From assembly GCA_010015805.1 (NCBI GenBank), contig ML978122.1, positions 1,832,453 to 1,896,452 on the forward strand: a stretch of DNA of 64,000 nt. Reading direction: 5' to 3'. Origin of the DNA: Rhizodiscina lignyota. Lineage: Eukaryota. Shown piece after piece: positions 12,134 to 22,650 of this stretch. Numbering within the stretch: position 1 is the stretch's first letter; each line of letters starts with the position of its first letter. The translations under genes were made by a program, and so were the position numbers. The notes below the pieces were generated by a model, which made no database searches, was not told the origin of the DNA, and worked only from the letters and a program-made list of their open reading frames with translations.

Positions 12134-13665
12134 ATGGAAGTTGATAAAGGGCCGGCGGAAGTCATTTCTGCCCTGACAGCTTCCGCACACCTCAGCAATG
12201 ACGACAGCACTGAATCAGATCTTGAGTACGATCACAAGTTCAGAAGAAGAGCTCTACTAAAGGTCGATTTCTGGCTTGTTGGCTTCTACTCCATGGTATA
12301 CATCTTTCGAGTTATTGATTCGTCCAATTATTCCAATGCAGCAATCATCAACCTTGAGCGGGGGACTGGAATCAAGAAAGAGCTCCACTTCGACCCGAAC
12401 CAATGGGCTTGGACGTTATCCATCTTTTCGTACAGCTACCTGATATTCGAGCCGACCAATACGCTGCTCTTGAAGAAAGTGCGCCCCTCTCGATGGATGT
12501 TCGTCCTCATTTTGGCTTGGGGCATATGTGCATCATCTGTTGCTGCGGTCCAGGACTTCCAAGGCATGATGTGTGCTCGCTTCGCAATTGGGATGGCCGA
12601 AGCTGGCTTTTATCCTGCTGTGCTCTTCCACATGGCCTTCTGGTACACTCCCGCAGAGATGCCATGGCGCATAGCGGCCTTTTACTCGGTGGGGCAGCTT
12701 TCGAGCGCACTCAGTGGCCTTTTAGCGTATGCCATCGGCTTCATGGATGGGCTTGGTGGGCTGGCAGGGTGGCGATGGCTGTTTCTCCTTGAGGGTCTCC
12801 CTGCCATGATCCTCGCGGTGATAGCGCTATTCGGCCTACCAGACTACCCTGAAACGGCCCGCATGCTAACGGAAGATGAACGAACCTTCTTTTCGCGACG
12901 CCTTCCATCTACAGCACCGTCGGGCAAGACTAAGCGCAGCTGGGATTGGAAAAAGCTAGAAAAGCTAATGGCTGATCCTTCAGTCTATACCTTTTCCCTC
13001 TACTGGCTTGCTCATGGAATTGGAGGTTTTGGTATCAGCTTCGCTTTACCAACTGTTATCTATGAGCTTGGCTTTACAACTACGTCTCTCTCTCAGTTGA
13101 TGAACATAGTGAGTCAAGAGTCTACTTACATCATGACGAAACTGGCTAACGTGTGGTAGCCTCCTTACGTGGCTTGTTTCCTCTTTTTGAACACTTGTGG
13201 ATACATGCTCCATAGGAAGTGGATCCGCCCTTGGACTACAGCAGTAGCAAGTATGTCAAGTTTCGCCATCTTCCTCACCATACGCTAACTTGGCCTACAG
13301 TCGAGGGCACTACGATCGTCTGCTATATCATCCTCATAACCGTCCCGAGCGCAGTTGTAAGATATCTGGCCTTGATTGTTGCGGTGTCATGCGCTGGATC
13401 TGCATACCCAGTTATCTGGCCGGAGCGCATACGGGTACTTGAGGGCACTGTCGCCGCTGGCTTCGGTATTGGCTTGACGAACGCGTTCGCGCAATTTGGT
13501 GGTATTGTTGGCCCTCACGTTTACAGCACCGTATTTGGGCCGCGATATCGAGTTTCGTACATCATCTGTCTTAGCTTCCTCGTGGTGTCTATCAGTTCCA
13601 TCCTGGTGTCATGGCTTATTATTTGGCGCAGGGACAAAAAACGCGCAGCATTGGGAGAAGAATAG
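12134..13665 (+). CDS. MFS transporter, anion:cation symporter (allantoate/Dal5-Tna1-like) family
   Basis: LLKVDFWLV, IDSSNYSNA, FEPTNTLLLKKVRPSRW, RFAIGMAEAGFYP, GLAGWRWLFLLEG and LPDYPETA motifs, multiple TM segments and two introns (about 13109-13159 and 13251-13300). Confidence 0.92.
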
Positions 13666-14849
13666 GATGCAGCAGTTCGACGATTTGGTCCTTGACTGGT
13701 CCGAAAATACCAGATAGATGATTAAATTCAATGGAGAAAATGAAAGAAGTTTGCATCTGTCAGCGCGGGTGAAGAGCTTATCATCTGAAAAGATCTTGAG
13801 ATCCTGAATGTACAAGACCTCTAATCTGTGATCGAAAGGAAATGCTACATACGACCCCTCAGAATGCACCAACAGGTTTCCAAAGTTCTGTTTATCTAGA
13901 TCCTCTAATAGCTACAACGCAAGATTGGAGAGTAATGCCAGAGACCAACGATACCACTTTTGTGAAAGCACATCATCCACTTCCTGCCTTATTGGTTCCA
14001 TGAAGAGACGATTCAGGAACTTGTTAGTTCGTCACATCAGGCAACTGTGATGACAAACAACCTTGAAGACTACCCGAAATCCATGCGGAATTTGAACGAA
14101 TTGGCGAACGCAATTGGCTCGTTGAACTCTCAGTCGTACGCCGTATGTAAGGGCCCGAGCCGAAGGCCGAAGAAGCGAAGGACGATGCCGCATCGAGTGA
14201 GAAATTAAGTCCGCAAGAGAGGAAAATGGCACAAATGTGCAGATGTGGACTGGTTAGACATTGCTGAGAAAAGATATTGGAAATCCCTTTTTGCCAAGCC
14301 GGAAACGGGATCTGGAGATCCCGGAGCCAAAATGGTTGATAGATACGTTGATATTTAACCGTTTATAAACGTATTTTTCTATATTTCTGATTGAGTGCTA
14401 ATTTGATAATTATACAGCTAGTTCAGTCTGATTAGCGTGCTGCCTGGCGTTTAGGGCACATTCATACTAGGCTTATTCTGGTTAATTAGATTTAGCTGAC
14501 CCAATCGATATGTTGAGCCCCTATGATGGCGTAAACCACTTGAATTTTATCGTGAAAATATGCCATCCAACCATACGCATAAATCCGGTACGTAAATTTG
14601 AGCCAAACATACGTTTTTCGGAACAGCAGCCTAATTCCAATTGTGGGGAGCCTCCTGTAACAAGCACAATACAGCTTCTGTGAGCTGCATAGTAGCTTCT
14701 CCTCGCTTGCAGCAATTGTGCAGGGTGGAATTACGTCGCATCTATATAAAGCATCCGGTAGAGTTCTTGTTCAAGATGGTCACTCGACAATTTTTAAACA
14801 TTTCTTCTGTCACTCAATCCAATTCCAAAGTGGGCAAAGTCGTACTGTC

Positions 14850-15607
14850 ATGTCGAAAACAATCACTCTCTATGGCCATGGCCCGACTGCCAATCCAGTG
14901 AAGGTGGCGATTATCTTGGAAGAGCTTGGGCTGCCTTATGAAGTCAAGGCTCCAGCTGATATCAAAGCGGAGCCATTCATCTCGCTCAATCCAAACGGTC
15001 GCCTCCCTGCAATTGAGGACCCGAACACTGGCTTCAACCTCTTCGAGGTATGCTGGAACAGAACCATACTGGCATTCGAAAGCTAATCAATATGTATAGT
15101 CTGGCGCTATCATCGAGTACCTGATCAGGAAGTATGACACGGATGCAAAACTCCAGTACACCACCGAGGTTCGAATCCTGTTCTGAAACCTGTCTGCCCA
15201 TGCCTATGCTAACGATATAGCCTGAAAACTTCTTGACTCAAAGCTGGCTGCACTTTCAGATGTCTGGCCAAGGACCATACTTTGGCCAGCTAGCATGGTT
15301 CAAGGTTTTCCATAAAGAGCAGTTGCCCTCCGCCATTGAGCGCTACGGCAACGAGGTGAAGCGTGTGACTGGTGTCATTGACGCTCATCTGAAGAAGCAG
15401 AAGACGAAATACCTCATAGGCGACAAGCTTACATATGCGGACTTGGCATTCGTCCCATGGTTCAATGCGCTGGGCTTTATCTTGCCAGAGTTTGACTGGA
15501 AAAAGGAAACCCCGGAATTTGCGGCATGGTTTGAAGGCCTTCTGAGTAGACAAAGTGTGCAGACTGTTCTGGCAAAACCCGAGTTCCAGCGGCAAATGAA
15601 GCATTGA
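14850..15607 (+). CDS. Glutathione S-transferase, Ure2p-like class
   Basis: NPVKVAIILEELGLPYE, LNPNGRLPAIED, LFESGAIIEYL (across intron 15048-15099), WLHFQMSGQGPYFGQ and YLIGDKLTYADLAF. The second intron is at about 15169-15220. Confidence 0.94.
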
Positions 15608-15778
15608 ATGTTTCGCAGCTGTGAGTGACCAATACACTGTGCTCGACGAAAATTATGTACGTAGCGCTCTAATCCACGATGAGGCACGGTGCCTAGCAGA
15701 CAGGAGCACGTAGTCAACTTGATCGTACTCAAGCTGATTAGATTATCAATCAAGCATCACTTTGATTTGACTCCAGAC

Positions 15779-16028
15779 CTCATGAGAAGGCTGCGAAGAC
15801 CGTCGTGAATTTTCATCATTCCTTGTGTGTCTACCCAAATGCCGCAAGCCCAATCGCAAACCCAATCGCAAACCCCAGTATGAGTCTTTCCCAAACTCCA
15901 CTTTCATTTACTCCACATCTCATGAAGAGACTTAGAAGGGTGTCGTGAACTGTCAACCTTCCTCGAGTGTCTATCCCAAACGCCGCGAATCAAACCATTA
16001 ATCCCAATACGAGTCCCTCCCAACACCT
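15779..16028. repeat. Two diverged ~120-140 bp direct repeats in the GST/hypothetical-gene convergent spacer
   Basis: ctcatgag..gtcgtgaa..ttcc..gtgtcta.cccaaa.gccgc..ccc..ta.gagtc..tcccaa recurs at about 15779 and 15919. Copy 1 also contains a doubled cccaatcgcaaa. Confidence 0.75.
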
Positions 16029-16104
16029 TCTGAGAATGACTAGTCATCTTTCAAAAATGCAGCTACGCTATCGCCTAACAATCCATGCAGCACTGTGGCT
16101 CAAC

Positions 16105-17954
16105 CTAGCTCATCTTGAACCGCTTGGAGTCAAGGGATTCCCTGTGGACCTTGTTGTTAGGACGGCGACCACGGCCTTCCTCATCATGGCGCTCTTCGAA
16201 TAGACTATCGTCGCTCTCTGGGGAGTCGTCGCACTTCCGCTTACCTCCTTCATGAGATAGGGGCTCATCGCGCACATCAGATAGCGAATGTCCGAACATA
16301 GTAGTCGGAGTGTAGATTAAGGGAGTCAGTGGGGGCAGTCCATGAGCTCCGGCCACCGCTCGGGTTGGAGGAGGAAGCTTTTGTGGTTCGTTCAGCATTT
16401 GAGGAGATTGGAAGCCCGTGAACTGAGTGAACGCAGCCATTGCTGAGTTGGGTGGAAGGGAGGAAGGGAAATTGTAATCTAGCAAATTGGCGGAGGGCTC
16501 TTCGTGATCCCTAGACGCTCCTTTCTTGGTGGCCAGGTCGAGCATTGGCGGAGGCTGTACCCTCTGCGAGAGCGAAGAACTATGAGTCAATATAGAGTCC
16601 AGGCTATCTGAATGATGATGCATGCTGGAGACTGGAGAGGGTATGCCGTGAGGTTGTAGCTGTCCGTTCTTGCCGCTGTCGGGGTCCTCCCCATGCTCCA
16701 CGGAACGGGACATAGGTCGTGGCATCACATAAGCGTTACTGTAGCCAGATACACCTATTAGATGTGCTGATGGCGTGTACTGAGGCTGAGATTGCACTCC
16801 GAGGGAGGTGGGATAAGTCGTTACGGGATGGGGGTGCAATGTGGTATGCGAGGGTGGTAGGTTCGAGGGTGGTCGATTCGAGGATGGTAGATTCGAGGTG
16901 GGAACGACAACCGACTCTGTCGAAGAGTGACCATGCGAGCGACCTGATAGCGTTGCTGGCTCCTTCTGGCGATGGAGACCCATTGCAGCTTTGCCTTTCG
17001 CGATCACACCACTCCGTACTTCGTTGATGTTCTTGTTCGACTTTTTGGTCTAGTGATGACGTTAGATATCCTGATGAATAATGGGGAATACTTGCAATTA
17101 CCTTCAACGCGCATAGAGGCGCGTGGACAAACGCCTCAGTCTTGTTCCTCTTCAAAACATCCTCACAGATAAGTTTGTCAATCTTAAAGCAAGTTAGTAT
17201 GATTCTATGAACTATATGATTACGCGACCATGTAACTTACGCGGAGGCAGTCGCGCATAGTGTTGAAGCGATCATCGATGCTAAGATGCTTATCTCCGGG
17301 AGCCATCTTCAAAGTTTTTTCGAACTTTTGCAAAGGGCCATCTTCGTGACGTCTAATTAGTGCTTCCTAGGTGCCATTAGCATTAGACACAGTTGATCAA
17401 ATGGACTCTGTATCTACCAGCAAAAGCCAAGCGGCTGCCTCGAAGTCCTTGTCGGCGATGAGGCCCTTTGCCACATTCAGGTACGCATTCGATGTCTGTT
17501 CGCGAACGTCTATGGTATTGATCATTGCGTAGTACAGCTCCCCGACATAGTGGCCTGCATAATGTTTGTAGCGGGAGATGGCTACTGCCTCCTCTGGATC
17601 TTCGTCTAGTTCGACGCGGAGATTCATATGTTCGTAGGCTTCATGCCCGTTCTGGAAGAAGCCTTGGTAATCGGGATATCGAAAAACCCCGCGTCGCGGT
17701 TCGTTGTTTACGGAGAGTGGAAGAGGCAATGGTTGAGAGTCCGGAGACTGGGTATGAAGCTGCTCCCCCTGCGCATTGCTTATGTGGAGAGGTCGGTATG
17801 GCTGAGACTCGGGAGGATCGTAGTGGACTTGGTCACCGTATCCGTTAACCGTATCAGGTGGTAGAAGGTAATGCTGAGGCTCATAAGGTGGATGGTGGAG
17901 CTGCTCATTGTGTGCACCAACCGCACCGATATCCTTTTGGACCCCGGAAGGCAT
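16105..17954 (-). CDS. Hypothetical protein (~562 aa) sharing the unrecognised domain with 6068-9200; P/S/H-rich tail with a basic end
   Basis: Exons 17954-17418, 17366-17241, 17182-17102 and 17049-16105 splice in frame through three phase-0 introns with CTAAT/CTAAC branch points. Confidence 0.8.
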
Positions 17955-19750
17955 CGTGAAAGATTGAGAACCAAGAGCCTCAAGGGCAGTTATGGGATTA
18001 CAACTCGTTAAATTCGATGTGCAGTGTGATGTTGTAAATGATTGTAGGTACGGAAGTCTGTGAAAGAGTGGCGCATTGCCTGTTAAATAAACTAGCGCAT
18101 TGTCATTCGTGTGACGACGATGGTGTGTTTAATCATGCGAGGTTGACCCAGCCCCCGCATCGAAAATTGCCTTCACGCCGCAGCGGGAGTCAGTGTTGGC
18201 GGCTAGATCCGGTAACACAGAGCATGTGCCATTCGTAGCCAGCAAAGGCGCTCAATTGTTGCAAGCTGGAGCGGAAGTGTACGAAGCCGAAGGTTTGCTG
18301 GCAAGTCCTTCGAGAGTAGAGAAATGGGCATCGTAACTTGGGAAATGTGGACCTCTAACGCCTCTTACACCAAAGCTCTGTGCAATCGGACCAAATTCCA
18401 TATCCATAGAAGGTTGAGGGCAGTCGCTGGGTGCCCAGAAGCCGAGTATACCGGCGATAAGCGCGACAGGTAACTCGTGCTTGCACCGACTGATCAGGTG
18501 TCTGTTCGAGTTGGTGACTTCGTGGCACATCACAGAGATCTCACTAACTGGAATTGGGGGTCGGGGGATCGGGATCTTAGATCCTGGAAGAGAACTGTGT
18601 AAGAAATTCGTTCGAGTTGATCGGCCTGATTTGACTGTCCACGCCTCTCCTTCAAAGCGTGGCTGTCCTAATTTCATGTCATTGCCGGTCAACTAAAAGC
18701 AGTCATATTTTGAATAAAGCTGCAGGTATCCGTCCGCCAGGTTAGTTCAGTTGTGAGAACGTCTTGCAAGGTCCATTACCCTACCGAACATTGCGGTCGA
18801 CCTGGAGTTGCGACTGAAACGACGGTTCTGTGACAGTAACATTATGGTCCTCAATCTGTCGATCAGCATTGAGTACCAATTGACTGGCTGACGTAGCTGA
18901 CATCTTTAACAAGCTTTCGTGAATGAAATGGGCACATGCCGCATTTCAGATCTCGGAGAGTGGAGCAAGACCATGAACTACAGCAGAGTCACGGAGACAC
19001 AGTACAGTTAGCCAAGAGTTCTCTACTAATGAAAGAGGAATGAAGCAGAAATAAGATTTCCTCAATCGCTTCTCAAGTTTGTTGCAGACCTAGAGGCTCC
19101 GCTCAATCCTGCAGCTCTCGATTCTAGAATTTGGCGATCGCCAGCAGCACAAAGCCATCGTGACATGTCGACCAAGTACTTCAGATTCTCTGTCTCTCAT
19201 CTTCACGCTCATTTACTGCTCTTGATTTGTGCCAATCTTCCACTGACAAGACCTTGAATCATCAAACGTTGCTTCGCATCAGGATTTCGCTTTGAGTCCT
19301 GACCGCTAATTTGGTGCCAAGGGTGCAACAATTGCTCCATTCTCATCCCAGGGTGTGCTAAATGATTAGAGCTATCTTTGAAAAGTCCCTGGAGAATATT
19401 TTAACGCAGTAGGCAGAACTGGAAGGAGGAAGGACTGTCGTCTGATCTTCAAATGCGGAACTTCACTTTCGCCGTACCCCGATCTGAATCTCCCATTCGG
19501 GCATGGGTGGAATGAGATCTCCAACATAGAATAATCGATACCATCGCATATAAAAGTTTACAATTCATATACAGTGGCTTCAGGAATAGTGAAAGCAACT
19601 TTCTTTTCAGTCATGATTGCCCGTCGGTACCACGCATCAACTACGGGTCGACCGTCTAATCGCAAAAAGAGACTTGGAACTTGTAAGAGTACAGTATATA
19701 GACAAATGACACCCCTGATGGCCCTTTGTATAGTCATTGAAACCGAGCAT

Positions 19751-21931
19751 CTACTCCACTAGCAAGCTTTGAAGCCTTGCTTCCGTTGCAATGACCTGTG
19801 AATGTTTGGTTAGTCACTAGTCTGACAAGGGTCCATAAAGAAACTCACATCCAAAGCTTGTTGAACTTCAAGTACTTTTCTGCAATCACTGAGCCAATCT
19901 CTGCTGATAACCTTTGCCCATCCTTGCAGCCCGTTTATTTCCCTCGCAGCAGCATCCAAATCTCCCTCCTCTAACCACATCTCCGTCCGCGCAAGGACGC
20001 TCTCAACATCTTGTCCGACAGGCAAGCCTGATTTCTTGAACATGAACTTGCTCAAAGCGTAGCTGACCATGTGGCTGGCAATGCCTGCATTCTCAGGTAG
20101 CAGAGCAGCCTTGCGAATCTCCGTGGAGACTCTGCGGAAGCGGTCGATCAGCTGTGCCGGCGTTGGGATGCCTCTTTGGTACGCGGTAGGATTGATAGAA
20201 GCAATGGCAGCATTGATAACAGGGTCGTCGTTTGCGACTTCCTTTAGGGCTGCGAGCTCGGTGATGAATGGTTTGGGTCCATCGGCCTTTAAAAGAGTGG
20301 CGCGAACAGACTCTACCGCAACGAGTAAATGCTGTGTCTGCAAGTTGGAGTCGACAACGCTGTTCCACTCTCCCGTCAATTTTTCCAGCTCCTTCACGCC
20401 AGCAGACAGCTCGTCCAACTTTCCCAGGCGGGAACTGCGCTCGGTCTCCACACGGTCGCGAACGGTAGTGTTGAATTCTTTACGCATTGCAATGGCTTGC
20501 TCGAGCAGCTCATTCTGGAGCTTTTGGTCAAAGAACTGCTTCGTAGCATTGAGCTCACTTTCGAGCTTGCTCTCATATGCCTTCGACAGCTTCTCGCGTT
20601 CGGCCTCATACTCATCTTTCCAGCGTGCTTCCTGGTCTTTCATCTCATTCTCAAGACGCTGGATGAGTTCCTTAGCAGCATTATCGAATTCGGTATGATT
20701 ATCGCGGATTTTGTCTTCCGCAGCCTTGACCTGTACCGCCTTCAGAGTCTCGATGTTCGATACGACCTTGCCAAGGTCGGCCTTTGCCTTTGCAATCGTC
20801 GAGTTATATTTTCCGGCAGCATTGTCTGCATTAACCACAGCGATGATGTCGTTGAGAATCTTGACTACGTCTTGAACGATCGGCTCCTCCGCACTTGGTA
20901 CGTTCAAGTGGTCTATCTGGGAGGCAGAAGCTGTGGACTTGGCAGGCTCTGGAGCAGGTGCAGGCTTAGATTCCGCTTGGGGAGCTCCCGGAGCCGGCTG
21001 TGTAGCCTTTCCCGTCGATGATTTGGATTGCTGTGACCCGGACTCTGGCGCAGCCGTGGATGGCGCAGTGCCCTTCTTTGCTTCCTGCACAGCTTGCGAC
21101 CTTTCGGCTCCACTTGCTTGACCAGGCGTTTGCTTTGCAGCTGTGGAGTCAACCGCGCTCATATGGCTGCCGACGGCACCTAGATCGCTGGTCCTTCGGC
21201 TGGGCTCGTCCGCAACATGAGGTCGAACACCACCTCGGCCGGGAATTGTGACTTTACCCTCGCCTCTTATCTGCGGGTGTAAACGCGTCTCTCCTGTTCC
21301 ACCAGGGAATCTCTTGCGGAACTCTCGCTCTTCAAGGAAGCCCACAATATCTTCTCCGAATGGCACATATTCTGTGAAGAAATCATGGAAGTTGTCTGCC
21401 CGCATGGCATACCACGCGCCTCCGCCATATCCAAGGGCTGTGAGAATGAAGAGGGCGAGAATGAAGTTTCTCAGTCTCCTTGGCTTTTTGGGTGGAGGCG
21501 GAGGTGGCGCGGATGAGGTACTGGCAGTTCCAGTTCCCGTGGGAGGAATTGGTGTTGGCGCTGGATTTGAAGCAGGATTGGAACTTGTTTGCGCTGGGGG
21601 TGGTGGAGGCGTTTTGGGGATATTCTCGGGAGCGCTCGTAGGGCTGGCAGGATTTGTGGGTGAGAGGGTGGGCGGCGGTGGAACGTTTTGAGGAGCTAGT
21701 TGGCTGGCAGAACCTGGTACAAGTGTCTCATCAGGCTTCTTCTCGTCCGCAAAGGTCCTCTGTTGCGTGGTTCAATGTCAGCATTAGTCTACAGAAAGCT
21801 GTTGGAAGTTTTCGGACCTTTGAGACCAGCGCAGTGGTTGGGCGCTGCGCGACGAGCCATTGAGCCTGCTGAGGACGCCTAGTAGCTCTAGGGGCGAGGT
21901 AACTACCTCTCCGAAGAGAGATGCGCAGCAT
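19751..21931 (-). CDS. MIC60: MICOS complex subunit Mic60 (mitofilin)
   Basis: Arg-rich mitochondrial presequence MLRISLRRG..., Pro-rich linker, TM segment followed by ALGYGGGAWY..DNFHDFFTEYVPFGE, coiled coil, and mitofilin C-terminus GDLDAAAREINGLQGWAKVISRDWL...EARLQSL. Two introns. Confidence 0.95.
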
Positions 21932-22650
21932 TTTAGCTGCTTGACCGAAGGGCTTGTACTGCGTTGGAAGGCGTGCAGGTTCAGAGAGCTCTCCGGGGTT
22001 TTCCAGCAACCCGCGCCAAGCCAGATCGAGTATCTCAGGTACGTAGCTGGGATCGGCCAACAACATGTCTGCAAGCTTTGCCAGAAAATACGCCCTCATG
22101 CTCCGTTCACACTGAACATTATGGATCACAGCTTCACAAGATGCTGCCGAGGCAGTATATCTGTCCAAACCTTTAGTTCCTGTCCCATACAATAGAGGAC
22201 ATGTGACGCCCCGTCCCTCAATCTTCAACCCACCGCTCTCTGACTGAATTGGAACTCGCTAAAACATCGATACCTTTCCCACGAGCCTTCAATCTTGCTC
22301 TTTAGTCAAATCATGGAGACTGCTTCTATCCCTTAACTTTCTTTTTCGACTGTTTCAATCGCTGACGTCAATGTGTGTAACGCTACTCATGTTCCGCCAT
22401 GCCCCTGAGTCTCAAATCCGCAAGCCATCACCCACCCCGCAGGCCCTCAACGTGAACAGATTTCGCGGGGCGCTCAATTTTGGCCCTTATACAGCTATGG
22501 CAATCTGTAGGTGAACTCGAAAGTTCCTTCCCACACCGCTTTTTTCACTTCATCTTACTTTCTAAGGCACTTGTACTATCTAGCTGCTGCCCAACAATTT
22601 CATTTGCTTAAAACAACCACTTGTCGATTTGTCTTCTACTTTGTAGCAAC

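Noticed and set aside
18000..19700. ORFs such as 18252-18692 (-) and protein-like frames near 19050-19260
   Set aside because: Non-ATG starts, no motifs and no coherent splice model. Treated as intergenic or an unassignable relic.
20069..21691. Long plus-strand ORFs (209, 230 and 147 aa)
   Set aside because: Antisense shadows of MIC60 codon structure.
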